From assembly GCF_001194135.2 (NCBI RefSeq), contig NC_068991.1, positions 29,648,303 through 29,712,160 of the forward strand: DNA of 63,858 nucleotides, written 5' to 3'. This DNA is from Octopus bimaculoides (lineage: Eukaryota). Every line of letters begins with the position of its first letter. Position 1 is the first letter of the stretch. A program made the translations under genes and the position numbers. The notes below the pieces were generated by a model. It did no database searches. It saw nothing but the letters and a program-made list of their open reading frames with translations, and was not told the DNA's origin. Of this stretch, positions 24,397 through 37,610 are shown in pieces.

Positions 24397-25627
24397 NNNN
24401 NNNNNNNNNNNNNNNNNNNNNNNNNNNNNNNNNNNNNNNNNNNNNNNNNNNNNNNNNNNNNNNNNNNNNNNNNNNNNNNNNNNNNNNNNNNNNNNNNNNN
24501 NNNNNNNNNNNNNNNNNNNNNNNNNNNNNNNNNNNNNNNNNNNNNNNNNNNNNNNNNNNNNNNNNNNNNNNNNNNNNNNNNNNNNNNNNNNNNNNNNNNN
24601 NNNNNNNNNNNNNNNNNNNNNNNNNNNNNNNNNNNNNNNNNNNNNNNNNNNNNNNNNNNNNNNNNNNNNNNNNNNNNNNNNNNNNNNNNNNNNNNNNNNN
24701 NNNNNNNNNNNNNNNNNNNNNNNNNNNNNNNNNNNNNNNNNNNNNNNNNNNNNNNNNNNNNNNNNNNNNNNNNNNNNNNNNNNNNNNNNNNNNNNNNNNN
24801 NNNNNNNNNNNNNNNNNNNNNNNNNNNNNNNNNNNNNNNNNNNNNNNNNNNNNNNNNNNNNNNNNNNNNNNNNCTCTCTCTCTCTCTCTCTCTCTGTCTG
24901 TCTCTCTCTCCCTATGTCACTATCTATGTACATTGATTCGCAAGGATGACTTATTACCGTAAATGTTTGTTTAAAACTAAACATTCACATAATAAATGCC
25001 GAAACCTTCCTAGTGGAGGAACACTAAAGATTAATGCGAAAAGCCCCGATGTCTAAACGGTGGCGCCGATGTGGTTCAATAATATGAATAAATAACTAAA
25101 AGAAAAAAATATAAATGGGGACACAAAGACCAAAGAAAAAAAGTATATATATATAGCAACATCAACAACAACAACAATTAACAAGAAAAGCAACTACAAC
25201 AACAACAGCAACGACGTCAATGACACGAACAATAATGATAAAGAAAAAAGAAAACTAACGTAAGCAGCCGCAACAAAAACAACAGCGATGACTTAAACAA
25301 CAACGAAATAAACAATTTGTGCACAACAACAATAACAATAAAACATTATCAATAAGAACAGCATTGACAAAGAAATAAAAAAAAAACGAAATAAAAACAC
25401 TACAGCAATAATCAAAAAAAAAAAAAACAGATGCCACCGTTGATTTGTGTTTAAGATGTAAACTGTGAAAGTTTGTCTGTGAGAAGCACTGCAATAGAAA
25501 GGCAGACATGAGTTGTCTAAGAAATTGGTCAACGGTCACATATCGAAATGGTTTCATTTGATACTGGTGTATATATATAGGTATACATATACATATATAC
25601 ATCTATATACATATATATATATATACA

Positions 25628-25735
<108 letters not shown>

Positions 25736-25813
25736 GAGAAAGAGAGAAGAGGAAAGACGAACAGGCAGAAACAGTCATGCAGACAAACAGATAGATAGAT
25801 AGATACGTATGCA

Positions 25814-26350
25814 TACAGGGTGTTTCAAAATATGTGCATACACATTGAATAATTATATATTAAGTTTAAATCAAAGCGCTGATACATTTCATTTTCAATA
25901 TTTAATTGAAAATATACAGAGAGTTTCTTTTTTCTTCTTTTCAATACCTGTTTTCAAATTAACGATCATTCTGGACCAAACACTGTTGATAACTCAAAGC
26001 AATGGAATCGCAACATCATTTCGGTATTTCTGCGCTTTCTCATCCAATGGCTACCCTCAATTCATCGAGTGTTCCCGGTTTTGCACCGTGCACTTCATTT
26101 TTTAAGTGTCCCTATAAAAAATCTAATAGTGTGAGGTCCAATGCACAACTCAGGTGGATATGGGGGCGTTTACCGTTGCAGTACGTCGCCGCGTCCCTTA
26201 TTTGTCGGTAATTGTTCGGATCATCTCGAGCAGAGTGCGCTGGTCAGTCCCCATCTCTGCGACATACTTCCTCATCCGCTTTCACCATGAGGAATGTGGC
26301 CGGCCAACACGAGCTATCACTCCAGCCAGATCCTCATAAAAGAGAATACG
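25814..26350 (-). mobile_element. Tc1/mariner transposase 3' remnant with one TIR
   Basis: TA-CAGGGTGTTTCAAAA end at 25814. Minus-strand LDLTLLDF / GHLKNEVHGAKPGTLDELRVAI corresponds to the SPDLTPLDF...GHLKxxVY motif. Confidence 0.75.
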
Positions 26351-26653
26351 ATAGGCATGATCCTACTCGGAAAATCGAATAACATGGCAAAATAGACTGA
26401 GTTGACTCTCCTCAATCATACAAGTAACAGGACGCATCCTAGTTTTTCTGTAGAGTTGGTTACGAAATCGGACCAATGGTAACTAATAATTCTTTGAAGT
26501 GTCGTGGTAACAAAAGAAGAACTGGTACTAGAAACATATTGTCAGAGGTCAAGAAAATCGGTGTGGTAAGCGAGTCGTGAGACAGGGATTTGAAAATCAA
26601 CACTTCCAGTTCATTTTGAAGCTGTCATTGGAAAATATATATTGGTCCAAAGA

Positions 26654-27003
26654 ATACGGAGCCTATTCTTTTCTACTCTTGGCACAAGGTCCGAAGTGTT
26701 TTGGGGAGCGGGCCAGTCGATTAGATCGACCCCAGTACGCAACTGGTACGTAATTTATCTACCTCGACAGGATGAAAAGCAAAGTCGACTTCGGGGTAAT
26801 TTGAAACACGGACCCTATTCTACTGAACCTCTTCGTCTAATCTGCTTGTTTGGAAAAATCTCTATAAGGCAGTGTGATTACGATTATTATGATAGTGTTA
26901 AGGTGACCCATCTTGCTAGAAATAGAACTTCTCATCTTCAAAGTCCTCTTAAATAATTGACACGACAAATTATCACAGTAAGTTGAAGTAAATGGGACCA
27001 GTC
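26654..27003 (-). repeat. 5'-truncated SINE B variant with 16-bp TSD plus flank; locally duplicated
   Basis: TSD ATACGGAGCCTATTCT (26654-26669) / ACACGGACCCTATTCT (26806-26821). Block 26674-27003 recurs at 31505-31828. Confidence 0.85.
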
Positions 27004-27418
27004 GAAATGCCATCAAAAAAGAAAGGTCCAGTTATTTCTTTTTAGGATAAACCACACCATAATGCAACTCCTACTGAATTAACCTTATGTATTCGCTTAA
27101 TATACGGTTTCTCAGGTCTCCTGTAAGTGCAACTGTAAAAGTTAATTGATCTAATTAATTTATATATAGTCTCATCACTCCAATCAGTATTTGTTGGAAT
27201 GTGTGCATCTTTACACATCTTGCTAAGTAACACTCACAAAGCCCCACTTCTCGATCGGATCACTTTCATGCACTACATTTGAAATGTAACTATTCCAATT
27301 ACCGATCCTCCAAACGCGATGGACGCTTGATTTTCAAATTCCTATTTCCTGTCTTTCTTCCCACACAGATATTCTGTGGCAAGGAAGTCAAGCAATGGTG
27401 AGGATAACCACAAATATA

Positions 27419-27940
27419 TATAAAGATAAATTAAATATGGAAATATTCTATTGACAATCAAATAATTTATTTAGAATATTATATTAAATACTATGAATAT
27501 AATATATAACATAACATGATATTATATAAATAATTATAAAAACCATAAAAGGCCAACAAATTGTTTCGACTTATATATATTTTTTTTCTGATATACATAA
27601 TCACAGTTCCATTATATATATAGTCACTTCAGGATATTTGGTTCAGAAAAGACGAAATTCCGTGTTTTGGGGAGGAGTGGGCCAGTCGATTAGATCGACC
27701 TCAGTACGCAACTGGTACTTAATTTATCGACCCCGAAATGATGAAAGGCAAAGTCGACCTCGGCGGAATTTGAAACACGGAGTCGAAACAATTTTTTGGC
27801 CTTTTATGGTTTTAATTATTTATATAATATTATGTTATGTTATGCTATATATTATATTCCTAGTATTAAATGTAATATCGTAATATAAATAAATTATTTG
27901 ATTGTCAATAGAATATCTCCATATTTAATTTATCTCTATA
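27419..27940. mobile_element. Foldback/MITE-like element with ~155 bp AT-rich inverted arms
   Basis: 27419-27571 is the reverse complement of 27781-27940 with few substitutions and short indels. The spacer contains a SINE B fragment. Confidence 0.8.
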
Positions 27941-28299
27941 ATTGAATTATACCAATATTTATATGGTACCCAGCTGAAGTACCAGTGAATTGGATGTTTA
28001 ACACACCCCTTTGAAGGATTTCTTTTCCTCAGTTTGTTACTTTATATATATATATGCGTGCCTCCCCCCACACATATGTACAAGCATGTAGCTCGCAAGA
28101 AGTTACAGATCGTAAGAATTTACAAGGTGATACGCAAGTACTCAGCACTGAGGGCAAAGAAACAGCTGTAAGCTACTAAATTTATTACGTAATTCCTGTT
28201 CCTCTGTCATTTGAACTTGTATGCATACACATAAATACATACATGCGACGGGCTTCCGCGCAATTTCTGTCTATCAAGTTCATTCACATGGTTTTGGTC

Positions 28300-28490
28300 A
28301 CACAACAGCAACAACAACATCGAAAAATACCTTAGGAATGAGAACCCAGGTTCGAAATTTCCCCAAGACATCTGATGAAGGCTGGAGGGTATATCAGCCG
28401 AAACGTTATGTTAACAACAAACAAGATGAGGACAAATGTCCGTCAATTGTAAATAATGTAAATAATGTACATAATTCTTCCCCTCTTAAA
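28300..28490 (+). mobile_element. Solo PLE-type terminal fragment
   Basis: Carries an intact minimal hammerhead and ends in a (TGTAAATAA)n tail; no ORF. Confidence 0.6.
28367..28412 (+). ncRNA. Minimal type I hammerhead ribozyme, canonical core
   Basis: GACAT | CTGATGAA | GGCTG gagggtatat CAGCC | GAAAC GTT | ATGTT: stem I 4 bp plus GU, 5-bp stem II, palindromic ACGT stem III. Confidence 0.85.
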
Positions 28491-29338
28491 TATAGTTATT
28501 TAATTTCTTTCGTCTTTTGTACTATGAGTGAATACAAGGTACTGGTTTTAGCAATCAAATTTATATTATGTGCTTGTATGCTTGAATGTATGTATGTATG
28601 TATGTATGTATGTTTGTATTTATGTGTGTATGTATGCATGCATGCATGCGTTTATGTATGCGTGCTTTTCCTTTGAGTTTTATTAAAGTTCTTGAGAGAT
28701 TTCAAACCCTATCGCTAACAAGGCAAGAAGACTTTTTGAGTTAAGTGAGTTCTGTATATATGCATGTATGTGTGTGTGTGTGGGGGGGGGGGGGGGGTAA
28801 GTTTCTATATAAACAGACCCGCACATACAGACACACATAAATATATCTGTGTGTATTTATTTGCATATAACATAATATAACTAAATAAAAGAAAAATGGA
28901 ATACATGTATTTTTTAAATAAATTATATACGGCAAATAGATTTTGATCGACGATACATTCATAATGCACTTTGAGAGATAATTATACCTGTCTGTCTGTC
29001 TGTCTGTCTCGTATATTTTTCTGTATGTATGTCTTTTTGCCTGTCAGCTTGTCTGTCTGCTTGTCTGTCTGTCTACCCATCTGTTTATGTACCATAAACG
29101 TATACATCTAAATGGACAAACACACTAACACACGCAAGACACACACATATATACATATAAAGGAATGCAAATATGTATGTGTGCGTGTATGGGGGTTTAT
29201 ATGTATGTATATAGCTATATATATATATATATACAAGCATACATGCGTGCGCGCAAACACACGCACAATATATATACACATGCACACATGTGTGTGCGTA
29301 TATGCATATTCCATGTAATGTGTACATGCGCGCACACG

Positions 29339-29405
<67 letters not shown>

Positions 29406-29472
29406 ATGTGTGTATGTATATATACACACACATACATACATGCGTACGTACGTACATACATACGTACATACA

Positions 29473-29507
<35 letters not shown>

Positions 29508-30011
29508 GTGTATAAGCATATATGCAGACACACACACACATACACATACACACACATACACATACACACATACATACTCACGTATGGTGAGAGTAATACA
29601 GAGAGAGGGAGAGTGAGAGAGAAAATGGGGCTACAGAAAGTATGAAACGGGTAATAAAACGCGGAACTGTTATAAAAGATTGAATTATCTTTCTTGTTGC
29701 AAAAAAAAAAAAAAAGAAAATAAACAGATAAAGGAAACGAAACAACGAAACAAAGAGGTAAACTATAACGATGGGTGTCAAGATGAAATAAGAAGGAACT
29801 AACGAATATGTTGGAGAGAATCTAAGAAATAAAGAAATGAAATGTGTGATATTGCAAGAACAGATTGGTGAGAAGGGAAGTAATAGAAAAAGTTGATTAT
29901 CGGTAAAACTATGAAATAAAAACTTTCACCGAGTGAATAATAACTTTTGGAGAATAATTACAGCATAATGGATTTTGTTCTACTTAGAGTTTATAGATAC
30001 GTTATATGACA

Positions 30012-30056
<45 letters not shown>

Positions 30057-30164
30057 TTAAGAGTAAGAGGGACAAAGATAAATGGGAGAATATGATGAAG
30101 GAGTGGTAGGTAGGTAAGGAGCTGGATATGTTGATATGCGCGTATACATACATACATATCTTTT

Positions 30165-30350
30165 GTCTTTCATCATTTACTTGTTTTAGTCATAAGACTG
30201 CGGCTATGCTGGGGCACCGTATTGAAGAATTTTCAGTTAAATGATTCAACCCCAGTACTTGTTTTTTAAAAGCCTAGTACTTATTCTATCGATTTCTTTT
30301 GCTGCACACCGCTAAACACACTAGCTCTGGTGGTCAAGTGATGATGGCGG
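30165..30350 (-). mobile_element. SINE family A, 3' half
   Basis: TTTACTTGTTTTAGTCATAAGACTGCGGCTATGCTGGGGCACCG...AAGCCTAGTACTTATTCTATCG. Confidence 0.85.
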
Positions 30351-30619
30351 ACGCACATACACAACACATGCACGCCCCCACACACAAATATGCGCAAACC
30401 AGCACGCACTCACACATACAAACATACACATACACACACACAAACATCTATATATACTCATACAGGAGCCTCAACTCCTTGATGTAGCCGTAGTAATGTC
30501 GTTGTATCTTATGGCGTGTTTTGGCCCGTTTTTGGACCTGGTTGTGTTCATCTTATCTCACTCAACCGATTTCTTCGACATGGCTCGTTAAAAAATCAGT
30601 CCCCCGCACCATAAGCCTA

Positions 30620-31100
30620 TGCATCAATGGTCAGTCTATCCCTCTTGTCCCACACAAAGAATACTACAAGTACCTAGGTATTGATGGAAACAAATAATAC
30701 AAAGGTAGTGAGAATAAAAATAAAGTGACCCAAGAATATTATACCAGACTTAGAAAAACATGGTAACTGGAACTCTCCTCTTACAACAAGACAATATCCC
30801 ATTTACATTTGCAGTTGTAGCGCTGATTCAAACATTTGGGATATTTGACTGCTTTTGTAATGGAAGTCCACTCGATAAAAGTTAAAACCCGCAAGAAGCT
30901 GACATCAACTGGAAGTTTCCACAGGATTCGACAGACTCTACTTAAGAAGACATGAAGGCGGTAAAGGCTTGAAATCAGTGCAGACAGCCTTTTAATGTTA
31001 CATAATTTCTTTCAGACAGCATTTGCTAAACAACAGCAGCAAAGTAAATACATTAACTTAGTACTGAAAGTGAAGAGAGCAATATCCTACGTGTCAGCAG
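30620..31100 (+). mobile_element. R4/Dong-clade LINE RT C-terminal remnant
   Basis: Frameshifted peptides EYYKYLGID, EYYTRLRK, KTRKKLT..GSFH and DRLYLRRHEGGKGL match the R4-type YKYLG...RLYLPRxxGGRGL pattern. Confidence 0.75.
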
Positions 31101-31504
31101 TGAGCTCCTCGGGAAGACTCTCTTCCTGATGAAACTCTCATACAACTACCCCCCCCCTCCCACACACAAAAGAATCAGGACTAACATATCTCAAAGAAGA
31201 CTTGGATGTGAAATGCTCGGTATACCACCCGCCAACAAAAAAAAAAAAAGATGACAGTAATATGGACATGAAGCGCACATCACACTTCGATTGCAAACTC
31301 CTGTTTGTAATCGTGACAGCTATATCACGTAGCACTTTCCTAATGAATAAAAGGAACAGCGAAGCCCCTGGATCTCCAAGATGCAGCCAAAAATGTAATG
31401 GTCATATTTTTGTGGGAGACATAATACCTGTGTTTAGCAACTGCCCACAAATGTCATCAACATCTTACCATCCTACGTGACATGACACTATCTCAAAGAC
31501 AATA

Positions 31505-31828
31505 TACTCTTGGGACAAGGCCCGAAGTGTTTTGGGGAGCAGGCCAGTCGATTAGATCGACCTCAGTACGCAACTGGTACTTAATCTATCTACCTCGACA
31601 GGGTGAAAAGCAAAGTCGACTTCGGCGTAATTTGAAATACGGAGCCTATTCTACTGAACCTCTTCGTCTAATCTGCTTGTTTGGCAAAATCTCCTGAAGG
31701 CAGTGTGATTACGATTATTATGATAGTGTTAAGGTGACCCATCTTGCTGGAAATAGAACTTTTCAAAGTTTTCTTAAATACTTGACACGACAAATTATGA
31801 CAGTAAGTTGAAGTAAATGGGACCAGTC
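31505..31828 (-). repeat. Second copy of block 26674-27003
   Basis: Near-identical SINE B fragment followed by the same non-SINE flank (TACTGAACCTCTTCGTCTAATCTGC...GTAAATGGGACCAGTC). Confidence 0.9.
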
Positions 31829-32706
31829 AAGAAAGACTATCCTGGAACAAATATAGTGAGTCCCCCTATTATTGAATACATGCATAAATATCAACACAAG
31901 GAACATTCCCGTCAAAAAATGCGTCAAGTTTAAATATAACACGCCAAATATTGTCTAGGACACAAGGAAAAGTGTTTTAGTTATCAGCATTCCAACGATG
32001 GAGCTTTGTATCTTTGATAGTTACCTGCTCCTTTCTTAGAGGAAGACTTTAAACAATTGAAAACTAAAGAGAACATACGTATATACGTACATACGTACGT
32101 ACATACATACATGGTGATATTGGCAGTATCTATCTCAGAAGTGAAGCAATCGGAAGACCTTTAAGATCAGCACAGACAGCATTTGGGTGCTGTATGTTAG
32201 CAGTCAGGCAGCGTCTGTTAAACAACCGCAGCAAAAATTATATACATCAACTAGATACTCGAAAGTAAATAAAACACATTCAACATGCCGGTAATGAAGT
32301 CCCCGGGAAGTACTCACTTTCGTGTGTCCCCAAGATTGTAGAACTCTCAATAAAACCTGCAACGGAAATACTCTGCTTGCCAATATGTGGATATATTCTG
32401 CGTAAGTATTAAGATGGCATTAACAGAAAATGTAACTTCTCTTGGAGCCATGACTGTCACATCACATTACTTTGAGTTTTACAATACAACAGCAGGGGTT
32501 AGCTTCGAAATATCTAACGAAAAAAAAAAAGACAGTAAGCTGACAGATTTAAATGACATGTCTTGTTATGCAAATTTTATTATGCTGTTATAAGAAGAAA
32601 TAAATTACGTGATTCTTCTGACTACGAAAGTCTTTTTTTGCAACATTCGTAACCAGTCGAGATCAGTTGCATTTTACATCTCTTTCTCTTACACCAACTT
32701 GTAATC

Positions 32707-33420
32707 ATGATGCCACGCGTAAGGTACATGTACATATCGGACGAAGATGGCGCAAGGCCGGTTGACACCTTCAAGGGGCATCAAACCGATTACCTGCAAC
32801 TGGCTAACTGGCAGGCACTTGATATTAAAAGGAGTACTGTCCAATTTATATTAGCGACCTGCCTATGGGAGGCACGACAAGTTGCCCAGAGGAGGTGCCC
32901 ACCACGTTAAGGTTGATGATGAAATGCGAGCCAGGCTTCAGCTGATTATTGATGCCAACCCACTCGAAACCCTTCAACAGATGAGGAGGAACTTAGAAAC
33001 AGCATTGCTCGGAAGGACGCCTGTTTTCGTGTCTGTAATCTCACGGGATCTGGATGTGATGTTGATAACTATGAAGTTGGCCGAAGAGGTCCCAGATGCA
33101 AGGACTCTGGAAAAGCATTATGAGTACGTTCATTGGTTCATGGAAGAGGGAATCGTCGGCCATTGCGTATTTAGTGATGAATGTGGGTGCATTTGGACGA
33201 GGCGGTCTTTTTGACGAGCCCCTCGAGCTGTTCCTGTTCGCCGAGTTGTCAACCGTCAGTGTGGGGAAAAGCTGCAACGTTACTTTCGCGGCGTCAGGAG
33301 CATATATCATACAATAGGTTGCAAGGCGTAACATTGACGCTATCACTCGAGAAAATTGTGTTCGTTGGGATAGACACACCCAGACCTACCTCCCGAGATG
33401 ACTCGACCGCTAGGAAATAG
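32707..33420 (+). mobile_element. IS630/Tc1-like (DDE_3-type) transposase pseudogene
   Basis: HTH-like IIDANPLETLQQMRRNL, catalytic-region HCVFSDECGCIWTRRS, and GKSCNVTFAAS in a shifted frame. TIRs not found. Confidence 0.7.
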
Positions 33421-33812
33421 ACGACTAAATCCTTTCAAACGAACTCTCCTTATCAAGACTGAAAATTAATAATTATCTTAGTGTAAATAGTACCCTTTCC
33501 CCGATGAAAGAAAAAATGCAAAATCAAAGAAATATGTACTTTTCTCAACAAGACATACGCAAAGGAAGAACACGTCACAGCATAATGTATTCAAAAATCA
33601 AAGAAAAGGAGCATTTGTTGCAATTTGTGAGTGTCTTTAAAAAGATTGAAAAGGCTGGCATGCAATTTCATGAAGTCTTTAACATTAAATACATATACCG
33701 ATGCAAAAATAAAAGAATGGGCACGATAGAGTGGTTAAAGCATAAACAATGGATGAAAACACATGCTTATGATAACAATGATTATGTGATAAAACCAAAA
33801 CAGCTATCGCCC

Positions 33813-34076
33813 TAATTTGATTGCTCGAAGTTTCAAATAGATTGCTCCGAAACGAATTTGAATGCTCGAAAAGACGCTTCCTCGCATTCCGATTAATTTG
33901 AATGCTCTCGACGGGCATTTTAATTTGAATGATGTAAATGCTAAATTCTTTGACCGAAGTGCGAAATTGAATGATTGAAAAACGAATTTGAATGACTAAC
34001 TTCATGGCGCTAATTTTTTTCGCGACTTTGAATGACCCGATTATCAAATTTAATGACCAACGTACGAAAATGACCG
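33813..34076. repeat. Irregularly spaced array of ~11 (AA)TTTGAATG(A/C)C-like motifs
   Basis: Motif copies at about 33813, 33835, 33854, 33894, 33921, 33944, 33964, 33984, 34025, 34046 and 34066, with non-identical spacers. Confidence 0.75.
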
Positions 34077-34635
34077 CAAAAGCCACGTTTAAATAGAAGA
34101 ATATCCTCCCCTCCTACTATTCTCTAAAAGAAAACACCCCTAACGCTAACACCACCACCCCTTATAATAAGTGTAGCTCTTTATAAAATCCGTCAACCTT
34201 GAATTCCACCACATCAGCATAAGAAATGTAAACTTATCAGGTAGAAATTACCCCGAAGAAGGAAGCGGTGGTATGAATTAATGGACCTTAAAATCTATCG
34301 TATCTTTGGAGCACTATGACCTCAGAAACGGCTGTCGAACCTTAAGGACTTATGACCTTTCATATGTATTTATAACATTCTACACTGATTTTATACTCCA
34401 CCCATTTTATTTATATATTTTTAATATCGTTTTTATTGTAAGTAGTACTATATATTTGTATAATCTTAATATATTCTTAGTGTATTTCTATTGATATATT
34501 TATATATTTTAATGTATCTTTAATGTATTTATATATCTATATATATTGTATGATTTTGGACACAATTTTTGATAACGGAATATATTTTATTAAATGCTTA
34601 TTGGTAACCAGTCTTTTGTTTCTCATCATTATTTT

Positions 34636-34671
<36 letters not shown>

Positions 34672-35106
34672 NNNNNNNNNNNNNNNNNNNNNNNNNNNNN
34701 NNNNNNNNNNNNNNNNNNNNNNNNNNNNNNNNNNNNNNNNNNNNNNNNNNNNNNNNNNNNNNNNNNNNNNNNNNNNNNNNNNNNNNNNNNNNNNNNNNNN
34801 NNNNNNNNNNNNNNNNNNNNNNNNNNNNNNNNNNNNNNNNNNNNNNNNNNNNNNNNNNNNNNNNNNNNNNNNNNNNNNNNNNNNNNNNNNNNNNNNNNNN
34901 NNNNNNNNNNNNNNNNNNNNNNNNNNNNNNNNNNNNNNNNNNNNNNNNNNNNNNNNNNNNNNNNNNNNNNNNNNNAAATTAGGAATATATTTTGAATGTT
35001 ATTTGATATACATTTATTTAACTTTGTTGATAACATACATGTCACTGACCACTTTAAGTTATTTCTCTTCTCTCATTTTCGTTTCTTTTATACATACATA
35101 GATACA

Positions 35107-35140
<34 letters not shown>

Positions 35141-35206
35141 CGTACATACATACATATATACATACATATATACATACATACGTGTGTGCGTGCGTACGTA
35201 CGTACG

Positions 35207-35238
<32 letters not shown>

Positions 35239-36533
35239 CATGCATACATCTTTTGGTAAATGGATGGCCGGATGGATGGAAGAAGGGAAGGTGTGTGTGT
35301 GTGGGGGGGTGGGGGGTGCAGTGAGATAATCGAATGAAAGAAACAGAAGACAAAATGGAGAACTAGAGTGTCGTAGAGCGAAACAGAAGATCGTTTAGCG
35401 AGAGGAGCGTTTAGATAGCCGATGGGAACGTAGAGAAACATAAGGATAGAAAGGAAGAAGAAGAAAAGAAAGAAAGGAAAGACGAAAAATGTTTGAAGAG
35501 GGAAAACGGTGTGTCGTCGACTTTGCTATTGTTAAAAACACGTTCGGTGTGTTTGCGTTTTAGCAATGCGAGATGGTGGACTATTAGTAGTTGAATGGCG
35601 GGTGGGGTGGGAAGACCACGGCCACTAACGATAAACAGTCACAACAACAAACAATATTTACAACATTTACAACTGCCGGGAAGGAACATTGGACAAAACA
35701 ACCACAACAATAACAATCCCAACAGCAGTGACAGCAGCAAGAACAACCACCACAAAAAAACAACCAGACAACAACAATCACAACAGCAAAACATAAAGCA
35801 CTTTTGAATACAGATTTTAAACATCTAAACATTGAGCATTCATGAAAAGAACTGTATAGAAATATATTATAGATGATAACACTTATAATGATAATAATCA
35901 TGATGATGATGATGTGGGGGGTTGTTTTAATGATGATGCTGGCTATAATGGGGAGGAAGAGGGTACTGGCTATAATGATGATGATGAAGATGATGATAAT
36001 AATAATGATAGTGGTGGTGCTTGTGCTGTTGGTGATGATGTTGATGATGATGGCCGTCGAGGCGGTTATGGCGTTGGTGGTTCTAACAACGGTGACGACG
36101 ATGATGATAACTCCGATCGAAGTAGAATCTAGATGTCAGGTTGAGCAGTCCTGTTTACTTAGATCTTGTGCTTTACGTCTGCTATTTCAATGTCAACCTT
36201 GTATTGGGTTTCTGCTGAGCTCTTGTTTCACGGCACACTCACACACACACTGTTTCTACAACTACCACTACCAACCCCATGCACATTATTTCCACACAAC
36301 CAGCCTCACCACCCTCACCATTACCACCATTATCGCCTCCAACACCTCTATCACCACCACCACCTCTATCACCACCACCACCACCACATCTAAATACATG
36401 CATATAGACAAACTCAGAAACATTAAAGCAAAATAAATATCAACACGAAGACTCTCATATACTATGTGTGTGGGTGTGTGGTGTGTATTTATAAGAATAT
36501 ATATATACATATATTATATTTGTATACACACAC

Positions 36534-36584
<51 letters not shown>

Positions 36585-36589
<5 letters not shown>

Positions 36590-37502
36590 TGTGCGAGAGA
36601 TAAATTGTCGCCATTTTTTAAATTTTGTGCATGCGTATTGTTTGTTTTTTCATTTTGTCAGTATAGTAGGGTCAGTTGGGCTCCGTCTGTGACAAAAACA
36701 GCATCATGCTGCAATTCAGTCAGTCCGAAAGTTGGAGACGACATGCTGTGCTGCTTGATAATCGCGTCGGAAGCTCCAGTACGAACATTTCAGAGTGTTT
36801 CGGTGTCAATCTGAGGACAGGGCGGAGGATTCGGAAAGAGTCGGATGGGTCTAATGGTGATTACGAAGGTACAGCAGCTCGGAAAACTCACTCTGATCCT
36901 TCTGATAAGAAAATAACTCCTGAATTTGTTGGTGAGATCCAGGCCATGATTGACAACTATCCCTCCAAGTCAATCAGGTCCATCGCCAGGAGCATGGGAG
37001 TGTCTGAATTTCTTATCAGGCAGGTAGTGCATGAAAACATTTGAGATGAGAAAGGCCCAATTTTTATCCCAAGCGACCAAGAACAAGAGGAAAGTCCGCG
37101 CTGCAAAGCTTTTGAACAAACTCAAGTATCCCTCTCCAACCGAACATGCTTTGGTTTTTCTCAGACGAAGAAAAAATTTGCGAGGATCAGATGGTGAACA
37201 CACAGAAAAACCGTTGGCTTGCCGTGTCTCCAAAACGTTTACCGAGAATGATAAAATCAAACATCCAATCAACATCATGGTGTTTGGAGTGATCACTAGT
37301 GATGGCGATGTTATGCTTTCATTCATCTTCCCACACGACATCAGACTCAACATACAGGTCTACTTGAAGTGCCTGAACATGCCACACAAATAGGAGAACC
37401 CAATCATGGCTGTCAGACAATTTCTACGACCACATCACCACTAACATCTGGTCACCCAACCCCCCAGTCTACAACCCCCTTGATTATTATGTATGGGACG
37501 CA

Positions 37503-37561
<59 letters not shown>

Positions 37562-37610
37562 CATTGAGTGAGAGAGCAGCGCATGCCATCAAATTAACAC
37601 TGGGGTACAA
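36585..37610 (+). mobile_element. Mariner-like (maT/DD37D-type) transposon remnant inserted in (TA)n
   Basis: TA-CAGTGTGCGAGAGATAAATTG end. HTH ORF 36676-37044 (PSKSIRSIARSMGVSEFLIRQVV); MRKAQFLS...MVFGVITSDG; CTGGTCACCCAAC...AACCCCTTGATTATTATGTATGG corresponds to the WxPxSPDxNPLDYYVW motif. Confidence 0.85.
37504..37561. repeat. (TTA)n microsatellite
   Basis: Direct reading. Confidence 0.95.

Noticed and set aside
33813-34076. CRISPR-like repeat-spacer appearance
   Set aside because: Repeats are only about 10-14 bp and degenerate, spacing is irregular, the context is eukaryotic, and there are no cas genes.
34082-34096. GCCACGTTTAAATAG resembling part of a pistol ribozyme
   Set aside because: The required 5' P1 strand and pseudoknot partner are missing.
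35914-36132. Gly/Asp/Asn-rich 72-aa ORF
   Set aside because: It lies in (GAT/GGT)n low-complexity sequence with no splice or domain support.
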